NCBI GenBank assembly: GCA_038883855.1
Contig: JAVZLH010000018.1
Span: forward strand, 1 to 15,830
DNA: 15,830 bases
From: Candidatus Bathyarchaeia archaeon
GTDB lineage: Archaea > Thermoproteota > Bathyarchaeia > Bathyarchaeales > Bathycorpusculaceae
Direction: 5' to 3'
The notes below the pieces were generated by a model. It searched no databases and was not told the DNA's origin. It saw nothing but the letters and a program-made list of their open reading frames with translations. Positions within the stretch are counted from its first letter, which is position 1; each line of letters begins with the position of its first letter. This document shows, one piece after another, positions 8,455 through 15,830 of the stretch. The translations under genes were made by a program, and so were the position numbers.

Positions 8455-9920
8455 TTGAAGACTAAATATAGGTTCCAATTTTATAAGGAAATCTACAAGA
8501 ACATACCGAAAATTCACCAAGAAGCCAGGGAAGCAACGAGGGAAATAGGCCTCGAAAAATTGCGGGATGGAGTTGGATTATACGTTGGCAGTTCAAGCTG
8601 TCCTAGTCCTCTTCCAAAATACGTGCTTGACGCCATTGTCGAAGCCAACAAAATTATAATCCATCCACTAAGCAAAGTGGAAGACCAGCTTAGAGAGTTG
8701 GTTAAGGACATTTACGGCGATGAATATGATGTTGCAGTAACAAATACATGCGAATCCGCTTTACGCGTATCCTTTGAAGCGCTTTTCGCTCCGCCTGCAA
8801 TGAGGAGGGGTGACGACTACAGGGCAAGGTATATTACGCCATACGGCGAAGACTTCGACTTTTCGGAAGCTATGGGCGACCATTTCCACCACGATATAAG
8901 CATTTAGCCAGTGACCGAAGCACCTCATCTGGAGAGTTAGCCGTTGAAGCCAAAAGTCTCACGAATCTAGACACAATTTACGTGCGTCTAGTTGGAGCAA
9001 AATATGAACCTCATGAAATTTGCTATAATGTGTGCCCATTGCTTTTGACAACACGCGCGAGGGAATCCTCTGAGAGAATAGCTAAGGTTGCAGAGAGACA
9101 CGCTAATGAACTAGCGGGATTTGTAACTATAGGTTATGACACACCTGGCTATGGCCATGCCGAAAAGGACGAGAACGGAGCACCAAAGCTTATGAGGCTT
9201 ATAAGCAAAATTGCAACAGAATTTGACGTCCCATATATAGTGGATTGTGCAAGCGGTCTGCCAGTCATCGGATCATCTCCAAAAGATATTGGCGCCAGCG
9301 TGATGATGTGGAGCATGGACAAGGTGGCACGCTCAACAATCTGCGGCCTCGTGGTAGGCGAAGAAGAATTTATGATTCCCATACGCAAAGGCTTAGGCGT
9401 CGGCGGAACAAAATATGGTGAACCCTCATCCCATTATAAAGGGGTTTTCTCCTTCGCCGATCCGGGGAGAGACTCCATGATAGGATTGATAGCGACTTTG
9501 AAGGCGATGAAAGATAAGCCTGAACTGTTCAAAAAACCCATCGACAAAATGCATAGAATAATTGAGGAAGAGTTTAAGGCGTTTACACCAAGCAGATTTA
9601 GAGACGGAATCGTGATAACCAAATCCTACACGTTCGGCGGAATAGAGCTGAATTACGAACAGACATGGAAGGAAAACGAATACGGAATACCAATTTTCTC
9701 GCTTGAAGACTTATTCACAAACACAAACCCTATCATGTCTGCCCTTGACGAAATGGGAATATACCCTCCAACAATTTACAGCGGAAACAGTTTCATATCA
9801 CCAGGCATGGGAACAGTCGACGAAGACGGGGAGCTAATAGAAGAAAACACAAGATTAGCAGTAAAAGCACTTGTCCAAGCAATGGAAATCGTCTGCAAAC
9901 ACGCAGGACTCACAAAATAG
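8455..9920 (+). pseudogene. Fold-type I PLP-dependent enzyme, SelA-like, function unknown; split by a 1-nt deletion near 8860-8863
   Basis: ORFs 8455-8907 and 8982-9920 join into about 488 aa if one base is restored (DFDF-F-GSYGRPFPPRYKHL...LDTIYVRLVG). AVTNTCESAL, VPYIVDCASG (PLP Asp) and WSMDK (Schiff-base Lys) motifs are present. Confidence 0.72.
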
Positions 9921-9965
9921 CCAAATGACTTCTTAGAGACAAATTGCATAGCTTATTCTTGATAA

Positions 9966-10043
9966 TGGCGCCCTGGCCGGGATTTGAACCCGGGTCCAGC
10001 GGGCGACAGCCGCTTATACTAGACCGGACTATACTACCAGGGC
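9966..10043 (-). tRNA. tRNA-Asp (anticodon GTC), intronless, CCA encoded
   Basis: Reverse complement is GCCCTGGTAGTATAGTCCGGTCTAGTATAAGCGGCTGTCGCCCGCTGGACCCGGGTTCAAATCCCGGCCAGGGCGCCA. Acceptor stem GCCCTGG/CCAGGGC, anticodon stem AGCGG/CCGCT with loop CT-GTC-GC, T-loop TTCAAAT, discriminator G. Confidence 0.97.
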
Positions 10044-10086
10044 TGTCAAGGCCACGGCGCCAAAGTGAATAGAGAAAACGTTTAGT

Positions 10087-10100
10087 TTATTAAGTTTTCT
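10087..10100 (-). promoter_or_regulatory. Putative BRE/TATA of tRNA-Asp
   Basis: AGAAAAC-TTAATAA on the minus strand, about 45 nt upstream of the mature tRNA 5' end. Confidence 0.5.
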
Positions 10101-10189
10101 TGAACAGTTCTTGCTGTTTGTGTTTTGATGTTGTTTTCTTGTTTAGTTTACATAAAACATATTGAGAAAAATAAGGGTAGGGGAATATG

Positions 10190-11653
10190 CTATCTCAAGT
10201 CCCCTTCCTCTATTCCAGCAAGAATTTTTGCAAGTTTCTTTTTGAAGTCTATGTCTACTCCCCGTTCAATCATTATTCTCTGGGCTTGAGGTGAACCTGC
10301 ACCATGTATGGATTCCGTCATATAGGCAACCGCCCCCAAACCCATAGAAATGTTTTCTATTAGCCTAAAAATGCGCAGTCTATGTTCTGTTGGAACCTTT
10401 TCCACGCCTTTCAAGTATTTTTCCACGTATTTTCCAACTTTCGGACTTCTCAAATCCTTTTCTGATGGAGCAGTCACCATCAAACCGCCAGCTATGTCAT
10501 CTGCTAACCTAACAATTTCATATGGAAAACGCGTCACATTCAGCTTACATATGTTAGCCAGCAATATGTTAACTTGGTAAGTTCCAGAAGGCAGTTTGTA
10601 ACCTTCCGCCGAACACGCTATCCCACAAGCATATAGTGTCTCGTTTAAATGGTTCATCTCAATAAGTTTATCCCTTATATGAGAAGCTTTTTCAACACCG
10701 TTGTATTCGGCGATGGTTGCTGCGGCGCCTATGAGAACGTCGCCCACTCCGGGTTTGCATCCACCGTAGCTTTGGCGGTGATAAGCCGCGAATCTTTCAA
10801 CCAACGGCGCGGCAAACTCGTATTCTTCAGCCATAAAAACCCTTTCCCATGGAACAAAAACGTCGTCAAATATTACCATGGCCTCTTGCCCACCGTATTT
10901 AACGTTGCCTAAATCCATTTTTCCATCTTCAAGCTTCCTTGTGTCGCATGACTGCCTACCATAAATGTATATTATGCCTTTCGTGTCGCTTGGAATTGCG
11001 AAGGAAACGGCGTAGTTCTTGTCTTTTTCGGTCATCGCCCTTGTCGGCATGACAATTACTTCGTGGCTGTTCACTGAACCGGTAATGTGAACCTTCGCGC
11101 CTCGCACGACTATGCCATCCGCCCTTTTTTCAACTATCCTCAAATACAAGTCTGGGTCTGCTTGCTGGCTAGGCGCGAGGCTTCTGTCGCCTTTCGGGTC
11201 TGTCATGGCTCCACAACAGAACAAGTCATTTTTTTGTATGTGCTTTAAAAATTCTATAAACCGCTTGTAGTATTCTGTTCCAAGTTTCTGGTCCATTTCG
11301 TATGTGACGCTTGACAAGGTGTTTATGGCGTCCATTCCAACGCATCTTTGGAAGCATGTGCCAGTCTTTTGCCCCAAAACCCTTAGAAGTTTCACTTTTG
11401 TTATTAGGTCTTGGGTGCTTTGGTGTATGTGATTGAACCTGTTGACTTTTTCTCCTGTTATGTGGGATTTTGCGGTTGCCAGCTCCTCATACTTCGGGTC
11501 GTGAGCTACGTCGTAGGTTGCTGACGCAGCGTTTATTGAAGGCTTTATAATTGGGTGGTCAACTGGGTTTTTTATTTCCTCTCCGAAAAGGTAAACTTTG
11601 ATTTTTCTCTTGCGTAAACTTTCGATGTATTCTTTTCCGGTTTTAACCGCCAT
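10190..11653 (-). CDS. abfD: 4-hydroxybutyryl-CoA dehydratase (FAD, [4Fe-4S])
   Basis: GTCFQRCVGMD and YHRQSYGGCK provide the three Cys and one His cluster ligands. AMTDPKGDRS and ESIHGAGSPQAQR are also present. Confidence 0.93.
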   Translation of the reverse strand: MAVKTGKEYIESLRKRKIKVYLFGEEIKNPVDHPIIKPSINAASATYDVAHDPKYEELATAKSHITGEKVNRFNHIHQSTQDLITKVKLLRVLGQKTGTCFQRCVGMDAINTLSSVTYEMDQKLGTEYYKRFIEFLKHIQKNDLFCCGAMTDPKGDRSLAPSQQADPDLYLRIVEKRADGIVVRGAKVHITGSVNSHEVIVMPTRAMTEKDKNYAVSFAIPSDTKGIIYIYGRQSCDTRKLEDGKMDLGNVKYGGQEAMVIFDDVFVPWERVFMAEEYEFAAPLVERFAAYHRQSYGGCKPGVGDVLIGAAATIAEYNGVEKASHIRDKLIEMNHLNETLYACGIACSAEGYKLPSGTYQVNILLANICKLNVTRFPYEIVRLADDIAGGLMVTAPSEKDLRSPKVGKYVEKYLKGVEKVPTEHRLRIFRLIENISMGLGAVAYMTESIHGAGSPQAQRIMIERGVDIDFKKKLAKILAGIEEGDLR

Positions 11654-11797
11654 TTCAGCTTCTCCTATTTAACATTGAATTAATACATGATCTGAAAATG
11701 TAATTATTGCTTATGCTATAGAAAAAGCGTTTGGTCAAACATGGTTAATTTGTTGAATGATGATAGGGCTTTGAAGAGTTCACCTAAAAGATATGCA

Positions 11798-11971
11798 TTA
11801 ATCCTTTTTCTTCTCTTTTTCTTCGCTTTTCACGCCTTTAACAATACCCTTTCCAACACCTTTCACTATGCCGAAGCCTTTCTTAACGCCTTTACCTACA
11901 ACTTCGCCTGTTTTTTCAGCTACTTCTTCAGCTTTACCCTTTTCCTCCTTCTTCTTTTCTTTCTCGCCCAC
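11798..11971 (-). CDS. Small Lys/Gly/Glu-rich hypothetical protein (57 aa)
   Basis: GTG 11971 preceded by a strong GGGGGTGA SD. Sequence MGEKEKKKEEKGKAEEVAEKTGEVVGKGVKKGFGIVKGVGKGIVKGVKSEEKEKKKD. Confidence 0.7.
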   Translation of the reverse strand: MGEKEKKKEEKGKAEEVAEKTGEVVGKGVKKGFGIVKGVGKGIVKGVKSEEKEKKKD

Positions 11972-12103
11972 AACAATCACCCCCTCAAAACTAAACAACA
12001 CTTTACTTCTCTATAAGCTATTGACAGTTAAAACTTTCGAAAAAGCCAATTATCATGACAAGTGTTAAATATTTACAAAAACAGAATAAAAAAGGGTAAG
12101 TTT

Positions 12104-12476
12104 ATGCCTAAAGATGAAAAAATTTTAGAAGTTCTGAAGGAAATCAAAGCATTATTGGAGCCTAAGCCGACGCCGCCTCACCGCCACCACCTAAAGGCTT
12201 ATGGAACGAGTTCATGACTTCCTATCAAAATATAAAGTGATGGGACTTGCTGTTGCTTTTATCCTCGGCTTATATTTGGGCCGTTTGGTTGAAGCGCTTG
12301 TAAATGCCCTAATCATGCCAATAATAACGCTGATTCTGCCAGGAGTACAATGGGAATTATATGTGCTGGGACCATTCCGTATCGGACAATTTGTAGGCGC
12401 TTTAATCACCTTTATTCTAGTGGCTTTTGTGGTATTTATAATCGTGAAAATAACTAAAAAATGGGGCATTGAATAG
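12104..12476 (+). pseudogene. mscL: Large-conductance mechanosensitive channel MscL, two apparent 1-nt deletions (about 12179 and 12216)
   Basis: Restored protein MPKDEKILEVLKEIKALLEPKPTPPPPPPPKGLWNEFMDFLSKYKVMGLAVAFILG...LVNALIMPII...GQFVGALITFILVAFVVFIIVK has the MscL S1 (EF..F), TM1 and TM2 signatures. Confidence 0.85.
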
Positions 12477-12481
12477 CCCTT

Positions 12482-13357
12482 TTAGGCTTCTCTGAGAAGC
12501 CATGTTCCGTCGCACACCGCCGTGTTCAAGTAGTTTAGGCCTTCTCTGCATGTGCCAAATTTTAATCCGTATTTTTTGGCTAAAGCGGCAATGTTTTCCA
12601 TAAGCTTTATCCTTACGCCTTTGGGCAAGTAGGCGTATCTCGCAATTTTTTCACCCTTCTCAAAGTAAAGTGGCTTCAGCATTTTCGCTGTCCCTGGCAT
12701 GGCAAGACTTAACCTCTGCCAATTATCCATCTTAACCTTATATGTGGAGGCTGTTACATGTTTGACGCCTAGGGCTGCCAATGTTTTCATTAGGTTTTCT
12801 TGGTTTTCGTTTACGTAGGGGATTACGGGGTCTATGCGAACTGCCACGGGTATTCCCTCATCTATCAAGGTTTGAATAGCCTTTAGGCGCTGTTTTGGTG
12901 GTGGAGCGTTTGGCTCAAGAACCTTCGCTAAATCCTCGTCTTCCGTCGTTATCGTAACTGAGACTACTGTGGGGATTTTTGTCAAGAGGTCTATGTCTCT
13001 CGTAACTAAGTCGGATTTCGTTATTATCTGAATTTTGCAGTTATGCTCTGCCAAAATTTTTAGGCATTGGCGTGTTAGGGCTTTCTCCGCTTCTATTGTT
13101 GGGTAGGGATCTGAAGAGTTTGCTATTGAAACAATTTCGCCTCTAAGCTTTTGGGCTTCTCGCTCCAGTCGCGTTAACAAGTCTTTTTTGGGGCGGCAAT
13201 CATAAAATTTTGGAATATAGCTTGTGGCGTAACAGTAAAGGCATCTGTGGTCGCAGCCCGTATAAGGGTTAAACGTAAGTTTAGGCGGGCATGTGCAGAG
13301 TTTTGAATGCCACGGGTCGAAAGGCGTTATTAGACTCAAGGCTTCTGGCACACTCAA
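12482..13357 (-). CDS. Radical SAM protein, SplB-like (COG1533-type)
   Basis: FNPYTGCDHRCLYCYA (CxxxCxxC), SSDPYP, IITKS, LEPNAPPP..RL, VRIDPVIP. Confidence 0.88.
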   Translation of the reverse strand: MSVPEALSLITPFDPWHSKLCTCPPKLTFNPYTGCDHRCLYCYATSYIPKFYDCRPKKDLLTRLEREAQKLRGEIVSIANSSDPYPTIEAEKALTRQCLKILAEHNCKIQIITKSDLVTRDIDLLTKIPTVVSVTITTEDEDLAKVLEPNAPPPKQRLKAIQTLIDEGIPVAVRIDPVIPYVNENQENLMKTLAALGVKHVTASTYKVKMDNWQRLSLAMPGTAKMLKPLYFEKGEKIARYAYLPKGVRIKLMENIAALAKKYGLKFGTCREGLNYLNTAVCDGTWLLREA

Positions 13358-13363
13358 GAGTTT

Positions 13364-13393
13364 AAACGCTTACAATGAAGCGTTTGTAAGTGT
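13364..13393. promoter_or_regulatory. Interlocked inverted repeats in a divergent promoter region
   Basis: Perfect AAACGCTT-N6-AAGCGTTT (13364-13385) and 9/10 ACGCTTACAA-N8-TTGTAAGTGT (13366-13393), with TTTAAA boxes at 13361 and 13397. Confidence 0.5.
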
Positions 13394-13446
13394 AAGTTTA
13401 AATTTGTTTAGGGCATAGAATGTTTTGGTGTGTTTGGCGCTTGGGT

Positions 13447-15830
13447 TTGGGTAAGCCTACTGAGATGAGTTTGCGGGATTTGTTGGTTGAGGAGCTTAAG
13501 CGTAGAGGTGTTGTGGTTGTTCCTGAGGTGAGTTTTAGGGCTGTTGATGGGCGGCGTTTGGTTCCTGATTTGGTTTTGCATGATGGGGCGAGTTATGTTG
13601 TTGAGACTAAGTTGGGGGCTGAGACTAAGCTTTTGGATGCTATGGTTCAGTTATACGATTATAGTAAGCATATTGGTGAAGCGAAAGGTGCTTTTGCTGT
13701 TTTGTTTCCGGAGGAACTGCGGAGGCCTTGGTCTTCTGATGTGATTTTGAGTGTTGCGCGGGATGCGAAGACGCAGATTAGTTGTGTTGGGATTTTTAAG
13801 GATTTGAGGCCTAGTCAGCAGTTTAGGGGCAGCCTTTATGAGGTGGCTGATTGGATTGCTGGGCATGTTTTGAGGCCTTTGGTTGTTGAGGCGGATACTG
13901 GTTTTGCTATTCGGGTTTTGAGGGAGGTTGTTGATTATATTGGTGCTAGTGTTAGGCAGTTGCAGGGTAAGGAGCTTGAGGATATTTTTGGTGGTAAAAG
14001 CGTTTTTGAGAATGTTTTGCAGTATGAGGAGGGGCGTTATCCTTTAGAGGAGATGGGGCATGCTGCAGCTTATTTGTTGGTTAATCAGTTGTTGTTCTAT
14101 CATGTTTTGACGCGGGTGGATGCGAGTTTTCCGGTTATTGATGAGGATAGGGTTAGGCATCCAAGCGATTTACGGGCTTATTTTGAGCCTGTTTTGAGGC
14201 GGGATTATAGTAGTGTTTTTGGTTTTGATGTGGCTTCGCGTTTGCCTGATTCTGCCGTGGATGTTGTGCGGAAGGCTGTTGTGGCTGTTAAGGCTTTGGC
14301 GCCTGAAAAGATTAGGCATGACTTGTTGGGTAAAGTGTTTCATGAGCTTATTCCTTTTGAGGTTAGGAAGGCTGTTGCCGCGTTTTATACGAATAATGAG
14401 GCTGCTGAGATTTTGGCGCAACTGGCTATTGACCGGGCTGACGCTAAGGTTATGGATTTGGCTTGTGGAAGCGGCACATTGTTGGTTGCAGCTTATAGGC
14501 GTAAACGCGAACTGCTTTTGAAGGAGAAGGGAGAGTTCACCTTTGAAGACCATAAGAGGTTTTTGGAGCAGGAGTTGACGGGTATTGATATTATGCCTTT
14601 TGCCGCGTATATGGCGGTTGTGCATTTGGCTTTGCAGGCTTTGGCTGCTGGGCATGAGGCGGAAAAGGTGCGTATAGCGGTTTGGGATTCCACTGAACTG
14701 GAACCTGGGCAGACTATTCCAGCAATTTCTAGAGAGTTAAAAGCTGCCTATAAACGTCCGACATTGGAGTTGTTTATGGAGGGCAAACCGCCTAGGGAAG
14801 AGGCTTATGTTGAGAAAGGAGCGGTAACATTGGAGGGGATTGGTGGGGAACAGATACCGCTGGAGAAGGCAGACGTAGTCATAATGAACCCACCCTTCAC
14901 AAGACAAGAAAGACTGCCAAAAGAATACAAAAATGCTTTAATGAAACGACTAAAAGGTTATGAAGACTATTTGCATGGGCAACTTGGACTTTATGGATAC
15001 TTTATCTTTCTAGCGGATAAGTTCACAAGAAACGGTGGAAGAATTGCACTAGTTTTGCCAGCCACAGTTTTACGAGTTAAATCGGTGGAAAGTGTTAGGA
15101 AGCTTCTAGTAGAGAAGTATCAAATAGAACATATTATCACAACTTGGCAAAGAGCTACATTTTCAGAAAGTGCACAATTCAGAGAAATTTTGTTAATTGC
15201 TCGAAAACTTGGAGAGAACAAAGAAGACAAAGAACGCTGGTGTGTTATTACAGTTTTAAAGAAATTGCCTATAAGTCTAGATGAGGCAAGGATCTGGGCA
15301 TTAAAAATTAAGAACTTTGCTCAAGAAAAAGGAATGTATGATGATGAAAATCTTACTATTTATGGAGTGAGCTACGAACAACTTAAAATGACCATTAGAA
15401 ACATGTTTACTTTAATTTCAGCATATACGCCTTACTAGCTGAGTTATGGTCTAAAATAGTACTGAGGGACGCTGAAAGACTTACGACTTTTAACGAGTAT
15501 CTTAAATCCGTAGATGCCAAAATAAAAAGAGGCATCGAGACTGCGCGAGGAGAATGGATATTTCAGCTGTAGGTTCTAGCATGATGGCATTTTATTCGTT
15601 TATTCCCTTAGCACCACCTGGCATATCATGGTCTATCAAGGTACCATCAAGCGAGGATGCAAAAATTCTAGCTTTATGGTTTAACAGTACAGTGAATATA
15701 TTACAAACGCTCATTAACAGAAAAGAAACGAGAGGCGCATTTTTGCAGATCGATGAATATACTTTAGAGACCTTTAATGTGGTAAATCCTATCAAACTAA
15801 GCAATGTAGAAAAAGAATTGCTATTAAAGA
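13447..15830 (+). pseudogene. Type IIG restriction-modification enzyme (PD-(D/E)xK nuclease, amino-methyltransferase, TRD), broken in the C-terminal region and running off the window
   Basis: VPDLVL...VVETK nuclease motif, AFYT, motif I DLACGSGTLL, motif IV NPPF. The ORF stops at 15438, but coding-like sequence continues in shifted frames (ALLAELWSKI...KRGIETARG; ARRMDISAVG...AKILALWFNST...RKETRGAF). Start uncertain (13420, 13441 or 13447). Confidence 0.85.

Noticed and set aside
5013-9920. Selenocysteine system suggested by the in-frame TGA plus the SelA-like gene
   Set aside because: The TGA lies in a hydrophobic helix, one substitution from Leu. No SECIS, selB, selD or tRNA-Sec is visible, the tRNA is a standard Asp, and archaea use PSTK/SepSecS rather than SelA.
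9966-10043. tRNA-Asp as the att site of the integrase at 1-537
   Set aside because: No duplicated tRNA segment was seen near the integrase, and the intervening genes (ppa, nreA) look like core chromosomal genes.
11741-12068. Plus-strand ORFs 11741-12016 and 11868-12068
   Set aside because: Phe/Ser-rich mirror images of the Lys-rich minus-strand gene, which has the strong SD.
895-12483. Identical 13-mer GAATAGCCCTTTT at 895-907 and 12471-12483, both at convergent gene ends
   Set aside because: One or two 13-mer matches are expected by chance in 16 kb. It is probably just a stop codon followed by a T-rich tract, not an att repeat.
13544-15804. Alternative-frame and antisense ORFs within the RM gene
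   Set aside because: By-products of the extreme G+T codon bias and of the genuine plus-strand frames.
1-15830. CRISPR array, IS element or rRNA
   Set aside because: No regularly spaced repeats, transposase motifs, terminal inverted repeats or rRNA-like sequence were seen.

Overview
Archaeal chromosomal window, most likely Bathyarchaeia. That assignment is an inference from the TTG/GTG starts, GGTGA/GAGGT Shine-Dalgarno motifs, TATA boxes, the Nre gene with a PIP box and the archaeal-type tRNA. Left to right: the 5' part of a tyrosine integrase (missing from the ORF track) abutting the 3' fragment of a UPF0282 metallo-beta-lactamase-fold gene; a DUF1614 membrane protein; ppa; a 541-aa coiled-coil protein; a candidate 17-aa basic peptide gene; a four-gene operon with an APC amino-acid transporter and three small two-helix membrane proteins that resemble a hairpin fused to the transporter C-terminus; nreA; a deletion-eroded aminotransferase remnant and a frameshifted SelA-like PLP enzyme at the 3' end of tRNA-Asp(GTC); abfD; a small Lys/Gly-rich protein; an MscL that appears to carry its cytoplasmic bundle helix at the N-terminus; a SplB-like radical SAM gene; and a broken type IIG restriction-modification gene. 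Several genes carry single-base deletions, one has an in-frame TGA, and some appear to have larger internal deletions. Real decay versus sequencing error cannot be fully separated without the reads. Family assignments come from recognised motifs, not database searches.
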